DNA of 64,000 nucleotides. Origin: Scenedesmus sp. PABB004 (Eukaryota). The notes beneath the pieces were generated by a model that was given only the letters and a program-made list of their open reading frames with translations, made no database searches and was not told where the DNA came from. Location of the stretch: NCBI GenBank assembly GCA_014905635.1, contig CM026547.1, positions 4,154,001 through 4,218,000 on the forward strand, in the 5' to 3' direction. Below are positions 37,001 through 50,579 of the stretch, one piece after another (position 1 is the stretch's first letter; each line of letters starts with the position of its first letter). The translations under genes and the position numbers were made by a program.

Positions 37001-38024
37001 CGGCGGGCGGGCTCAGCGTGAGCCTCTTCCGCTCGCTCTGCGAGGCCCACCCGGGCGCGGTCGTGTCGCTGCGCCGGCAGTACCGCATGTGCGGGCCGGT
37101 CATGGCGCTCGCCAACGCCCTCGTGTACGGCGGCCAGCTGCTCGCGGGCAGCGAGGACGTGGAGCGCGCCGCGCTCGACCTGCCGCGCCCCGAGCGCCTC
37201 GCCGAGGTGCGCGGCGCAGCTTGGCGCGCGGCGCGCTCTCCCGCGCACCGCGCTCCTGCGCGTGCGTCGCACACGGACCGCCCGCCCGGCGCGCGCCGCA
37301 GTGCCCCGCCTGGGTTGCGGCGCTGCTGGACCCCGCTTTGCGCGTCGCGTTCCTGGACACCGACGGCGTGGAGCCCGCGAGCGCGGTGCAGGACTCGGCG
37401 GCGGCCGGCGGCGGCGGCGGCGGCCGCGACGGCGCGGCCGCGCTCGGCGGCCGCGGCGGCGGCAGCGGCGGCGTCGTCAACGCGGGCGAGGCGGCGCTGC
37501 TCGGCGCGGTGCTGGACGGGCTGCTCGCGTGCGGCGTGCCCGGGTCCGAGGTTGGCGTCGTGTCGCCATACCGGGCGCAGGTCACGCTGCTGCAGCAGCT
37601 CGTGGACGCGCGCGGCGCGGGCGGCGCGGCGCCGGGCGTCGCGCCGTGCAGCGGCTGCGCCGCCGCCGCGCCCGCGACGCCGCCCGCGGGCGACCCCTCG
37701 GCCGGCGGCGGCGTGGAGGTGCTGACGATCGACAAGTGCCAGGGCCGGGACAAGGCGGCGCTGCTGCTGTCGTTCGTGCGCTCCAACCCGCGGCGCGGTG
37801 TCGGCACGCTGCTGACCGACTGGCAGCGCCTCAACGTGGCCATCACGCGGGCAAAGGTCAAGCTCATCATGGTCGGCTCGGCTCGCACGCTGCGGGGCGG
37901 CGTGCCGCTGCTCGCGGCGATGCTCGACTGGCTCGCGCACCGCGGCGGCGTGGTGCCGCTGCCGCCCGACGCGCTGCTGGACTTGGGCGCACTGCGACGG
38001 GGCGGCGGCGGCGGCGGCGACTGA
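30477..38024 (+). CDS. DNA2: DNA2 nuclease/helicase with long low-complexity N-terminus, multi-exon
   Basis: LLVLHPDVLLSGT, CTRRAWL, GTLLHELLQ, DIEENIWAPRYGLKGQLDA, FEFKTG, CSRCHSASVC, LGMPGSGKT, AYTNSALDNIL, VDEAGQ, VGDHYQLPP, QYRM, TIDKCQGRDK, RLNVAITRAK. Start inferred (MGK|KPQPK). Confidence 0.92.
33934..34002. repeat. (CAG)n poly-Gln tract in DNA2
   Basis: Directly visible uninterrupted cag run, in frame. Confidence 0.95.
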
Positions 38025-38253
38025 GCGCGCGCATTTGCAGGCAGGTCTCTAGCGTAGGCGCAGGCAAGGCGCTGCGGGCTGCTAGCCTAGGATAGGCAGG
38101 TCGGCGGGCCTTGAGACGGGGGTGCAGGCACCCCGGCAGCGTGCTGCGCGTGCTGAAACTCTGTTACCGCACGCCGTGCGCCCGGGCCCCTCAGAGGGAG
38201 GCGGCCGCGGGGGACGTGCGCAACTTGAAGCCCGCGCACCAGCCGCCGCCGGC

Positions 38254-41200
38254 TCAGCCGCCCTTTTTCCGCTTCGCGCCCGTCGCCTTGGCCTTGCCGC
38301 CGCGCGGCGCCGGGGCGGGCGCGGCCGCTGCCTCGGCGAGCAGGCGCGGCCACGCGTCGTCGAGCAGGCGGCGCTGCTGCCGCTGCAGCCACATCTCAAG
38401 CTGGGGCCTGAGGAAGCCCGGCTGCCGCGCCCACGCCGCCGCGAGCTGCGCGCGGCTGAACACGTGCTGCCCGACCAGCGCCGCGACTAGCTCGCCCACG
38501 CGCGGCAGGCCCGCCAGCTCCGGCCGCGCCGCGCTCGCCGCCGGCGCGACGAGCGCGCCGCCGAGGCCCGCCAGCGACGGCAGCACCTTGCCGGCCAGCA
38601 GCGCGGCGCCAAACACCGCCGCGCGCGCGGCCGGCTCCGGGTGCGGCAGCAGCACGCGCGGCAGCGGCCAGCCGTGCGCGCTGTACGTCGCGTCGCGCCA
38701 CGCCAGCACCGCGTCGACCTCAGCCTGCCACAGCGGCGCCGGCTCGGCGAGCGGCTCCGACACTGCGGCGCGTGCCGCGGCGGCGGTGTGGGCTCGCGAG
38801 CGCACCCGCGCATCGCATCCGCATCGCGCCCGCACGCCGCCGCCGCCGCACCCGTGCAGAGGCTGCTGCCGGTGTCGGCGAGCCAGGCCGGCTCGACCGC
38901 GGTCACGCCGGCCATGTAGGGCCGCTTGGCGGTGCGCACCACGTCGACGTACGCCACGTACTCGGGCGCCGCGCCCGCGAGGCAGCTGCGGGGGTGCAGG
39001 TACACCTCCTCGCCAAGGCAGGCCGGCGCGTAGCGCGTCGCGCGCCGCGCGGCGCGCCCCTCCTGCGCGAGCCGCGCGAGGTGCTCCGCGGAGCGCACGC
39101 GCCGCGACACCTGGCGCGCGGCGCGGCAGATCCGAGCGGCGGCGCGGGCGCGGCCAGACGGCAGGCGTCGGCGGGAGCGCAGAGCGGCGGGCGGGCAGCG
39201 CCACGCAGCGGCGCCCCCCGCGAGCCGCGCCGCACCTGGTCGCACCAGCCCGCCGCCAGCGCGCGGCGGAGCACCTCCAGCACGCGGTTGGACGGCGGCG
39301 GCAGCGGCGCGGAGAGCTGCGCCGCGCCGGGCTGCCCCACCACCGCGCCGAGCAGCAGCCGCAGCAGCGCGAGCGCGCCGGCCGCGCCGGCGCCGCCGCC
39401 GGCGCGCAGCGCGGGCAGGTGGCCCGCGGCGCCGCGCGGCTGCAGCTCCCCGCCGCCGCCGGCGGCCTGCGCGTCGCGGAGCTGCAGCAGCGTGCGCCCC
39501 AGCTGCGCGCGCAGCTGCGACATCTCGCGCAGGTGCCGCGCGTGCAGGAAGTGCGCCGCGCAAAACACCTCGCCGCGCCCCTCCGCCGCGGCGGCCTCGT
39601 ACGCGCACAGCGCATTGAGCGCGCTGACCGCGTCGCCCGCGCTCGAGCGGAAGCGCGCGTGCGCCGCGCCCGCGGCCGCCGCGCGGCGCCGGCTCGCGGC
39701 CTTGGCGGCCGCGTCGGGCGCGTCGCCGTCGCCGCCGCCGCCGTCGCTGCCGCCGTCGCCGCGCTGCTCCTCCCTGTCGACCGCCGCCGCCTCGGTCTCG
39801 CCCTGGAGCGCGTCCAGGTGCATGAAGGGACTCTCCAGCGACAGCGCCGCCGCCAGCGCGACAGCGTACGGCAGCGCCGCCGCCGCGCCGGCCGGCGGCA
39901 CGCCGCCGAGCGGCCCCGCGCCGGCCGCCACCTGGGGCAGGCCCGCGAGCGCGGCGGCGCCGTCGGCGCCCGCGCCCGCGCCACGCGCCTGCCACACCGC
40001 GAGCTGCAGCAGCATGCGGCTGTGGCGCGGCGTGATGGGAAACACCGCCATTGCCCGCCCCAGCGCCGTGAGCTGCCCGCCGCCGGCGCCGGCCGCCGCG
40101 CCGGCGCCGCCGCCGCCGCGGGGCGCCGGCTCCTGCGCGAGCGCGCTCAGCGCCAGCAGGCAGCGCGTGGCGGCCTGCAGCGCCTCGGGCTCCGGCGGCG
40201 AGGGGAAGGGAAAGTTGTGCACCTGCAGGCGGCGGGGCGGCGGTGTGCACGGCGGCGCGTCGGCGGGGGCGCGCGTCCGCGGCGCGGCGTGCGTGCTCCT
40301 TGGAAAAGGCCACACACAGCCAGCGTTGGTGTTTGTCGGTGGGGGCTCAGCTCAAGAAATTCAACCATGTGTTATTCGCTTCGTCAGTGCGCACGGACGT
40401 GCGCTCGGAAGCGCGGATAACTGTGTCATCACCGCCCCCGCCGGCGGCCGCTCGCACGCGCGCGCAGCACCGCGCTCGCTCGCGCAGCACCACGCACGCC
40501 CACACGCACGCACGCACACACACACACACGTACGCGCACACACGCACGCACGCCCCGAGGGCCGCCCCGCAGGCGCCGCACCTTGTCGACGCCCATGGCC
40601 TTGAGCTGCAGCACCACGCCCTCGAGCGGCGTGTTGGCGATCTCCGGCGCCGTGTGCTGCGCAAAGCCGTCGTTGAAGTGGGCGCTGCTGTACAGGCGGT
40701 ACACATGGCCGGGGCCTGCGTGAGTGCGCCGCGCGGTGCGGCGGGGCGAGGTGGGCGGCGCTCGCTCGGCGCGCGCGCAGCGGGGGGCCGCGCGGCGCGC
40801 CGCGGCGCGCACCCGTGCGGCCGGCGCGGCCCGCGCGCTGCTCCGCGGCGGCCTTGCTGACCCAGTCGACCGCGTAGCGCGCGACCGCGCCGCCGCCGCC
40901 GCCGCCCTCGAGCAGCTTCTGCTTGGAGCGCCCCGCGTCGACGACGTACCTGGCGCGCCGCGCGCCGCGTCCGCGTCGGCGCGCCCGCCGCGGCGCCGCG
41001 CTCGCCGGCCCCCCAGCGGCCCGTGCGCTGCGCTGGCGCGGCCCCGGCGGCGGCGCGGCAGCGCAGCGCACCGAATGCCAGGGATGGTGATTGACGTCTC
41101 CGCCACGTTGGTCGCGACGACGATCAGGCGGTGCCCCGCCGGCACGGGCGCAAAGACCGCCGCCTGCGCCGCCTGGGGCAGCATCGCGTACAGGGGCAGC

Positions 41201-43394
41201 ACGTGCACCGGCGCGGCGCGCTGCTGCGCGCCCGCCGCCGCCCCCGGCGCCCCCGCCGCCGGCCCCGCGGCGTCGCCGCCGCCGCCGCCGCCGCCTGCGG
41301 GCGCGCCGAGCGCGAGGCCGTGCGCGGCCTCGAAGCGCGCCTCCGCGGCGGCGAGCTCCTCCGGCGTCCAGCCCTCGCCGCCCATGACGACCACCTGCTC
41401 CTCGTCCTCGTCGAGCTCCCCCAGGTCATAGTCGTCGCCCGCCGCGTCGCCCGCCGCCGCGTCAGCGAGGTCCGCCTCCAGCGCCGCGTCGGCCGCGTCG
41501 GCGGCCGCCTCCGCCGCGTCGGCGCCCGCCGCCGCGCCGTCGGCGTCGTCGTCGTCGTCGCCGCCGCCGCCGGCGTCCGCCGCGGCCGCGCCGGCCGCGC
41601 CGCCGCCGCCCGCGCCGCTGCCGGCCGCCGCGCCGCGGCCGCCGGCACCGCCGCCGCGCGCGGGCTTGGCAAAGGCCTGCCGGATGCGCCGCACCGCGAC
41701 CTGCACCTCGCGCTGGCCCGTGAGGAACAGCAGGATGCCGCCCGCGGGCAGCTCGCGGTGGATGCGGCACACCTGCAAGAGGCGGCGGTGGCGGCGGCGG
41801 CGGCGGCGGCGGTAAAGCGGGCTCGTCACCCCCAGCGGCGCCGCGCGGGGCCTCGCGCGGCGCGCTCGCCGCGGGCCGCCGCGTTGAGCCAGTCGCCGGG
41901 CAGCGAGGGCCCGCACGCACCTTGCGCACCGCCGCGCTCAGATAGTCCTGCATCTCAGTGTGCCGCGCAAAGTGCAGCGTGACGGGGAACTGCCGCGCTG
42001 GCACGCTCAGCACGGGCGGCGGCGCGGCGAAGAGGCGCGCGTTGGCGGTGAAGTCGGACGTGCGCAGCGTGGCGCTCATGATGACCAGCTTCAGCGGATA
42101 CACGGGACCCCCCGCGCCGGGCGCGCCGCCCGGCGGGCAGCCCGCGGCGGCCCACGCCGCGTGCAGGCGCCGCCGCAGCGGCACGAGCCGCGACAGCATG
42201 CCTGCGTGCGCGCGCGCGCGCGCGGTCGGCGGAGCGCGGCGGTGCGGCGCGTGCCGGCGCGGCGCTGCGGCGGCGCGCGCGGCGCGCACCCAGGAGCAGG
42301 TCTGTGTTGAGGCTGCGCTCGTGGGCCTCGTCCAGCAGTATGGCCGAGTAGGCTGTGAGCAGGAAGTCAGACTGGAGCTGCCGCAGCAGCACGCCGTCGG
42401 TGAGGAAGCGCGCCGCCGACCCCGCGCCGACGCGGCGGTCGTGGCGCACCTGCGGCAACGACGGGCGGGCGCGGGCGGCTCGCGGGCGGCCGAGGCGGCC
42501 GCGGCGGCGGCCGGCCGCGCCCGTGCGGTGCGCGCGCAGCGGCTGGCTCGGGCCGCGCCGGCGGCGGGCCGCACCTGATATCCCACCAGGCCGCCCAGCG
42601 GCGCGCCGAGCTCCGCGGCGACGCGCTGCGCGGTGCTGATCGCGGCGACGCGGCGCGGCTGCGTCACGCACACCGCGCCGGCGCGCTCCGGGAAGTCGGC
42701 GCAGCCGTAGCCCGCCTCGAGCAGGAACTGCGGCACCTGCGTGGTCTTGCCGCACCCCGTCTCGCCGCACAGCACCTGCACGCGCCGGCGGCGGCGGCGC
42801 GCGCGTCGCGTCGGCCCCCGGCCAGCACCAGCGGCCAGCCCGCGTGCGAGCTCAGGGAGCGCTGCGTGCCGGCGGCGGCAGGGGCGCACCAGCACGTCGT
42901 TGTGTGATATGCCCTCCATTATCTCCTGCTCGAGGCCGATGATGGGCAGCTGCCGGCGGGCCTCCTCCATTTCGGGCGGCCGCGACAGCGCGACGACGCG
43001 CGTCGGGCCCGCGGCGGCGGCCGCCGCCGCGCGCGCCGCAGCCGCCGCGGCCGCCTCTGCGGCCTCCAGCTCGGCGTCGCCCTCCGCGCGGCCGGTCGCC
43101 TCCAGCCGCGCCTGCCGCTTCAGCGCCGCGACCTGCGCGCGGCGCTCCGCCGCGGCCGCCTTGGCGGCGGCCGCCGCCGCGGCGGGGTCGACTGGCTCCG
43201 GCGCCGGCTCAGCCGGCGCGTCCGCGCCCTCGTCACTGCCCGACGCGCTGGAGTCGTCGGCGCCGGCGCCCCGCCCGGCTGCCGCTGCAGCTGCCGCTGC
43301 AGCTGCCCCCGCCGCCGCCGCGTCCTGGCCGCCCGCCGTGCGCGCCGCCTTGGCCGGGCGCTGCTGCTCCTCGTCGCTCTCGCTGCCGCTGCTC

Positions 43395-43437
<43 letters not shown>

Positions 43438-44238
43438 CGTCGCTGCCGCGGCCCACGCCCTTTGGCAGGCCGCGCACGCGCCGCGTCTGCAGCAGCTCGT
43501 CCGCACCCTCCGCGCCGGCAAACCCCGCGCGCTGCATCTTGAGCGCGCGGCGCAGGCGCTGCTTCTTGGTCTCGCGCGCGCCGCGCTGGTGCAGCGGGCG
43601 CAGCAGCGCGAGCTGCTCGTCCGGCAGGCTGCTGCTGTGCAGCTGGTCGAGCACCTGCCGGGCGCGCGCGCGCGGGCGGCCGGGTGAGCGCGCGCCGCAG
43701 GCGGCGCGCGAGCTCGCCAGCGAGGTGTGCAATGCGCTGTGCAGCGGGCGGGCCCCGGACTCCGCACCTGCGTCAGCTGCTCGCGCCGCTCCTTCTTCAG
43801 CTGGACCTGGCGCAGCTTCTTCAGCTGCGACTTGCTGAGCACCGGCGCCGGCGCCGCGTCGGGCTCGGCGCCGCCCTTCTTGGCGGGCTTGGACGGCAGG
43901 ATGAGCGCGTTGCTGCCCTCCAGCTCGCTGCGGGGGCGGGTGTGGCAGGCCGGGTGAGGCCCGCGCCCGGCGTCGCCGGCGCGCGGCGCGCGCCGAGCGC
44001 AACAGCGCGCAGCCGCCGGCCGCCGCCGTGACCGCCCCGCCGCCGCCCGGCCGCGCGCGGCGCCGGCGGGTGCGAGGGCCGTCCACCAACACGACGCGCC
44101 CACTCACTCGGCGCCCGGGTCCTCGCCCAGGAGCTGCTCATCGATGAGGTCGAGCGCATCCTCCCGCCGCGCCTTGCCCTTGCCCTTGAGTGACTGCGCG
44201 GCCGCCTCCTTGCGAGAACGCTTGCTGGTCTTGCCCAT
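38254..44238 (-). CDS. DHX37: DEAH-box helicase DHX37/Dhr1 (SSU processome), multi-exon
   Basis: [112 protein letters not shown]. Confidence 0.95.
40341..40439 (-). ncRNA. Intronic box C/D snoRNA, U36a/snR47-like dual guide
   Basis: Minus strand reads GGGGGC-g-GTGATGA (C) ... TTATCCGCGCTT-CCGA (D') ... CTGACGA (C') ... TGGTTGAATTTCTT-gag-CTGA (D)-GCCCCC. 6-bp terminal stem. Both guides are antisense to the conserved LSU segment GAAGAAAUUCAACCAAGCGCGGGUAA. Confidence 0.9.
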
Positions 44239-44693
44239 CGCGACAGCGCCGCCGGTGCTGCCGCCGCTGCCGCCGCTGCTGCCGCCGGCAGCGACGGCTC
44301 GCCCCCGCTCGCCGCGGCGCCCGCCGCCAGCGGTGGGTGGGGCCAGCGCCCAGGAGCGTGCTGGCGTGTGGCCGCCGCCGCCGCCCCGCGCCGCCGCATG
44401 ACCCGCTCGGCGGCAGCCGAAGCAGCACGCGCCCTCAACCCCGCGCCGCCCGTCGCGCCTGGCTGCGCCGCGCCGCCGCCCAGCTGCCAGGCAGACCCCT
44501 CGCGCCGGCGGCGCCGCCACAGTCCCACCTGCAACACAGGGGCCGCACACGCCGGCAGCGGCGCCGCCCATCGCCGCCGCGCGGCGCGCCCGCGCCGGCC
44601 GGAGGCGCCGCCGCACCCGCTGCCGCCGGGCCAGGGCGTCGGCCGCCGTCCGAGCTTGCGCACTCGGGGGCCGCCTGGGGGCAGCGAGGCGCC

Positions 44694-47600
44694 ATGGGCA
44701 AGGACGGCAAGCACAAGAAGAAGAAGCACAAGAAGGAGAAGAGCAGGAAGCGCGAGCGCAGCAGCAGCGGCAGCGGCAGCGATAGCGAGGAGGAGAGGCG
44801 CCGGATAAAGGCGGAGAAGAAGGTGCGCGGGAGCGGGGACGGCGTGCATGCGCTCGGCCCGGCCCGGGCGCGACGCAGGGCCCGCCGCCAGCCCCCGTGG
44901 GCCCGCCTTGGGACGGGAGTCCGCTCTGCGCATGCAGGGCGGTGCCATGCGGCGCCGGCGGCGGCGAGCGCGCAGCAGCGGCGGCCGCCGCCGCTGCCGC
45001 TGCTCACCGCCCGCCGCTTGTGCCGCGTCCCTGCCCGCCTGCCTGCAGGCCCGCAAGGTGGAGGAGTACTGGAGCAAGCAGGCCAGCAAGGGCGGCCCCG
45101 CCAAGTGCGCGGCGCGGCGCTCGGCCGCAGCAGCGGGCGCGCCCGCACCCGCGCCGACCGGGCCCTGCCGTCGCCGCCGCGTCGCCGCAGGTTTGTGTGG
45201 GGCAAGAAGATCGAGCGCGACCTCATGGCGGGCAAGGACGTGCGGGAGTTCACCGCCGCCGCGACGCAGCGCAAGCACGAGGAGCGCATGGTGCGCCCAC
45301 CGCCGCCACGCGCCGCGGCGGCGCTGCCTCCCGCTCGCCGGCGCCGCGCCGCCGCCCGACTGCCCCCCGCGGCCGCCGCGCGCAGGCGGAGATTGAAAAG
45401 GTGCAGAAGCGGCGCGAGGAGAAGGAGCTCGAGAAGGAGCGCATGGAGGAGGAGCTGGTGCGCCGCGCTGCAGCGAGGCGCTGCGGCGCCGCGCGCTCGC
45501 GGACGGCCGGCGCCAGCGGCGCGCCGCAGCGCCCCGCCCGCAGCGCCGCAACGCCCCGCCGCGCCGCGCCGCGCCGCCCGGGGCGCCGCGCCGCAGGCCC
45601 TGCTGCAGCGGCAGCGCCTGGCGGCCGAGGCTGTGGAGCAGGAGCAGAAGGAGGAGGAGTTTCACCTGCAGCAGGCGCAGGTGGGCCACACCACAAGCAC
45701 CCCAGCGCCCGGCGGCGCCGCGCGGCCTGTGCCGGCGGGCGGCGGGCGCCCCGCCGGCAGCAGGCGGCGGGCGGCTGCGGCGACCCGCCCGCCGCCGCGC
45801 ACGCCGCCGACGCCGCTCGCCGCCGCCCGCCGCGCAGGTGCGCGCGTCGCGGCGCATCGCGCAGGGCCGTGCCAAGCCCATCGACTGGCTGGTGCAGGAC
45901 CTGTACGGCGTGGGCGCGGACGAGGAGGCGGCGGCGCAGGCGCGGCGCAACGACGAGGCGGAGGAGAGCGAGGAGGAGCGCGAGGAGCTGCGCCGCCAGG
46001 TGTGGGCGCGGCGCCGCGGCGCGCGGCCGGCGCGCGCGGCGCGGCGCGGCGGGGCGCGGTGGGGCGCCCGCTGACACGCACGCGCCACGTCGGCGCAGGT
46101 CGAGGGCGACGCGTGGACGGCGGAGGCGCGGCGCGGCGGGCGCGGGCGCGAGCCGCGCGACGCCGGCGGCGCGTACGGCCGGCCGCGCGGCATGGCGGCG
46201 GAGCCGTACCAGGCGCTCGCGGGGCTGACCCAGGAGGAGCTGCTGGAGCTGCACGACGAGGTCAAGGGGTACCAGGTGCGGGGCGCCGCGGGCAGCGCGC
46301 GGCTCCTGTGCCTGCGCCTGGCGTGCGGCGCGTGCGCGCCGGCAGCAGGGACAGTGTGGCCGCCCACGCGCCTGCGCCGCGGGCAGCGCGCCACGCCCGC
46401 CGCCCTCACCCTGCCGTCTCCTCTCCCTCGCAGGAGCTCGAGTCGCGCGTGACGCCGCTCAACGCCGAGTACTGGGGCTGCCTCCTCGCGCTCGCGAGCC
46501 ACGAGCTGGAGGCGCTGCAGCTGGAGGCCGACCGCCGCGCCAGGGGCGAGGTCGGCGCCGGCCCCGTCAGCCTCGGCCCGCCCGTCGTGCGCGCGGTCGG
46601 CGCTCCGCTCGCGGGGCACGGCGCCGGCGGCGTGCACAGCGCGGTGCAGCGCGACATCGAGGCGCTGCTGTCGGGTGGGCGCGCGCGGCGCGCGCGGCGC
46701 CGACCCCCCGCCCTCCCGCCGCGCCGCGCCGCCGCTGGACACCGTGCCCCGCCCCTCGACACCCCGGCCGCCTCTCAACCCCCGCCCGCCCCTGTGACCG
46801 CGCAGGCCAGACGTACGGCCAGCTGACCGCGATGGAGACGGACATCCAGCGCCAGCTCGCGGCGGGCGAGGGAGACCCAGAGTACTGGGAGGTGCTGCGG
46901 CGGCGCGGCGCGGCGCGGAAGGGGGGCTGCGCGCGGCGCACGCCTCGGGCGCGGCTCGGGCCCCCGCGCCTGCTCAGCAGCCCCGTGCGGACGGCATTGC
47001 CTGACCCGCCGCTGCCCGCCCGCCCGCGTGGCCGCCCGGCAGGCGGTGCTGCCACGGCTCAAGATCCACGCGTGCAAGGCGCGGCTGCGGGAGATCAAGG
47101 CCCAGATGCTGGAGGAGCGCCTGGCCGCGCAGGAGGGCAAGCTCGACGTCGCGGCGGCGATGGGCTGGCTCGACGAGGCGGAGGCCGAGGCGACGGCGGC
47201 GGAGCGGTGCGGCGGGGGCCGCCGCGGCGCTGCCCCGCCGGCGCGGCCCCGCGGACGCTGCGGGCCCGCGGGGCGCCGCGCCTTGGTGGCTCACGCTGCC
47301 GGCTGGCCGCCGCGCGCCGCCGCCGCAGGCACCTGGGCGACGCGGGCGTCGCGTTCCCGCAGGGCGCCGCGCGCATCGTGGCGGAGGGCGAGGACATCCC
47401 ACTGTCGGACTCGGACGCCGACGAGGCGGCGGGCGCGCAGCAGCAGGGCAAGCAGCAGCAGCCGGGCCAGCAGCAGCCGCAGCGGCGGCAGCTGCACCCG
47501 GACGAGGAGCTGGAGCAGCAGATGGCGGAGGAGGAGCCGGACGCGCAGCACGGCGGCGAGGGTGCGCCGCGCCCGCCGCGCCGCGTGCGCGCCGCGCCGC

Positions 47601-49130
47601 GCCGCCCGCCCGCGCGGCGCCCGCTCACACGACTGCGCCGCCCGCCGCCGCCGCCGCCGCCGCCGCGCAGGCACGAGCGCGGTGGGCGCGTCGGCGCGCC
47701 TGCCGCTCGCCGCGCTCGCCGCGAGCGACGGCCGGTTCAGCCCGCCGCCGGTCGACCCGGACGAGCTCTCGCGCGGCGACGCGGCGGTGGTGCACGAGGA
47801 CGAGGACGCGCGCATGCTGGAGCTGCTGCGCGCGCAGGTGCGCATCCGCGAGGCCGAGCGCTTCATGTCGGCGGCCGACATCGCGGCGCGCGGCGGCGGC
47901 GGCGCAGCGCGCGGGCCGGCCAACCAGCTGCTGGACCCCAAGAACCGCTTCCGCGGCACCGCCTCGGGCAGCCACGCGATGATGCGCAGCGTGAGCCGGC
48001 GGCGGCGGCGCGCGGCGGCGGCGGCGTGCGGCGGGGCGCGGGGCGCGCGTGCGGCGGCGCGGGGCGGGCAGGGTTGGTGCCACACGCGCCGTTGACGCTG
48101 CGCCGCCCGCGCGTCGGCGCCGCCGCCGCCGCAGCTCACCGGCGAGTCGGTCGAGACGGGCGTCGGCCGGCACCTGCCGCAGCCGCAGCAGGAGGCGGTG
48201 GACGCGCAGACGCAGCGCTTCAGGGAGCAGGTGCGTGTGCGTGCGTGTGTGCGCGTGTGTGTGTGTGCGTGGGGGGGGGGCAGCACACCGCGCGCCCCAG
48301 CGCACCGCGCGCGCCGCCGCCGCGCGCCAGCGCAGCGCGCCCACGCGTGCGCGCGCTCCGCCGCGCCCACGTCGCCCCAGGCCGCGCGCACGATGGGCAT
48401 GGACGAGGGCGACCGCAACTTTGGCGTCGAGGTGCCGCTCGAGGCGCAGGTCTACTGGTGGCACAACCGGTGCGGGGGCCGCGCGCCGCCCCCGCCCCCG
48501 CCCCCGCGCGCGCGGCGCGCCCTCGCCCTCCCCGCCCGCGTCCGGCGCGCCCGCGCCCGAGGCCCCCTCCGCACACGCGCGCGCTCACGCGCCCGCGGCC
48601 GCTCCGCGCCTGGTCGCACACGCGGCGCCCAGGTACGCGCCGCGCAAGCCCAAGTACTTCAACCGCATCCACACCGGCTACGAGTGGAACAAGTACAACC
48701 AGACGCACTACGACCACGAGAACCCACCGCCCAAGGTCGTGCAGGGCTACAAGTTCAACATCTTCTACCCAGACCTCATCGACAAGACCAAGGCGCCGAC
48801 CTACAGGCGCGCGGCGCGGCGGGGCTGTGACGCGGGGCTGCGCGCGGGACTGCGGACGCGTGCGGCCCAGCACGCCGGCGGTGGCGGCGCGCCGGCTGAC
48901 GCGAGGCGCCGCCCGTGCCGCGGCCGCCGCGCAGGGTGGAGCCCGACCCCGCGGGCGGCAAGGACACGGCGATCCTGGTGTTCAGCGCGGGCCCGCCGTA
49001 CGAGGACATTGCGTTCCGCATCGTCAACAAGGAGTGGGAGACAACGCACCGCCGCGGCTTCAAGTGCACGTTTGACCGCGGCATCCTGCACCTCTACTTC
49101 AACTTCACGCGCGCGCGCTACCGCCGCTGA
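44694..49130 (+). CDS. CACTIN: Cactin (splicing factor), multi-exon
   Basis: FVWGKKIERD, EIEKVQKRR, EEEFHLQQAQ, RIAQGRAKPIDWL, RKPKYFNRIHTGYEWNKYNQTHYDHENPPPKVVQGYKFNIFYPDLID, AGPPYEDIAFRIVNKEWE. Confidence 0.96.
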
Positions 49131-49663
49131 GCGCACGGCGCGCATGCACGAGCGCACAGCGCGCATGCGCGCCGAGCGCGGCGCGTGCGGGCGGAGCGGG
49201 CGGGGGGGCCTCGGGGCGGCGGCGCGCGGGCCGCGGCGCCGGCCGCAGCTGCGGCCGGCGCGCGCGCGCGTGTGCGCTGCAGCTGGCGTCGGCGATTGCG
49301 GTTGCGAGGCGGGCGCGCCCGTTAACCACACCCGTGCGCGCGCTTGCTCAGCGCCGCGGCCTCCCGTCAGCCCGCCGCCGCTCGCCGTCCTGCCGAGCCC
49401 AGGCCGCACACGCCCCTTTCCCAACGAGCGCCGCCGCCGCCGACGGTTGAGTTCCCAGCGCTCGCAGCGGAGGGGGCGCAGCGCACCCGCGCTGCTGTGC
49501 AGGGCTCTACACGCTGCCCCGCTCGTCGTCGCCGCCCGCGGCTGCGGTGCCTGCAGCGCGCGGCCCCTCTGCTCCAGCTGCTGGCGCCAGCGCCGCCCGT
49601 CCCGCCGCCCACACCGACCCAAAAACTCGGCGGCCCCGCGCCGCCGCCCCCGCCGCCGCAAGC

Positions 49664-50399
49664 TCACGCGGGCGCGGGCGCGCCGTCCGGCGCGTACTTG
49701 GCCATCATCTGGTCCACCATCCTGTGCCGCGCGGCGGCGGCGGGCGGCGTCAGCGCGCCGCGCGAGCGCCCGCGCGCCACGGCTCGGCTCGGCCGCGCAG
49801 CGGCGCCGCCGCCGGCCGCCGCGCGGCGCGCACTCGATGTAGGCCTTCATGGCGTCCTCGGCGCTCATGCCTGCGGCGCCGGCGGCGCGCGTGCGGCGTC
49901 GGCGGGCGCGCGCGCTGCCGCGGGCAGCGCAGCGGCGGCGCCCCGCGCCGCGCCGCTCCGCGCCCGCGCCGGCGCGGCTGGCGCCGCACCCTTCTTGGAG
50001 GTCCAGGCGTCCCACTTCTTGCGGCCCTTGATGTCCAGCAGGCCCGGCCGCGCTGCGGGAGGGCGCGCAACAGAAAACCGACCATGAGTTGGGCCGGCTG
50101 TGCGCTCAGCGCGGGCCCCCGGGGCCTCGCCGCACCCGTGGTGTTGTCGCCGACGTTGGCCTGCTTGAAGAGGGCATACATCTCCAGCATCTCGTCGTTG
50201 TTCGGGCCCGACACGGGCTTGATGCGCTCCGCAGCCGCGTCAAAGTCCTCCTGCGGGCGCGCGTGGACGCGGCGGAGGCGCTCAGCCGGCGGCGCGAGCC
50301 GGTCGCCACCTCCACGCCTGCCGGGCGCGGGGCCAGGGCGCGCCGCGCGGGCGGGCAGCGGCGGCGCCGCGCCGCGCCGCGGCCGACCTTGAGGCCCAT
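49664..50399 (-). CDS. ACBP: Acyl-CoA-binding protein, five short exons
   Basis: MGLK|EDFDAAAERIK..NNDEMLEMYALFKQANVGDNTT|ARPGLLDIKGRKKWDAWTSKK|GMSAEDAMKAYIE|MVDQMMAKY. Confidence 0.95.
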
Positions 50400-50579
50400 G
50401 GCTGCTTGCTGTGAGTCTGGGCGCGGGGCTGCACAGATGCTGTGGAGGCCTCAGCGGCTGCGGGCGGCACCCACACCGGCGGCGGCGGCGGGTCTTGCGT
50501 TGCGAGGGCACAGGGCACAGGGCACAGGGCTGTGCCCTGCCCGCGCGGGTGCTGCACACGCTGCTCGCGTGTGTTGCCG

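Noticed and set aside
1107..49130. Functional cluster of RNA-processing genes (CBF5, DBP5, NSUN5, DHX37, cactin)
   Set aside because: They are interspersed with unrelated housekeeping genes, and enrichment cannot be shown from a single window.
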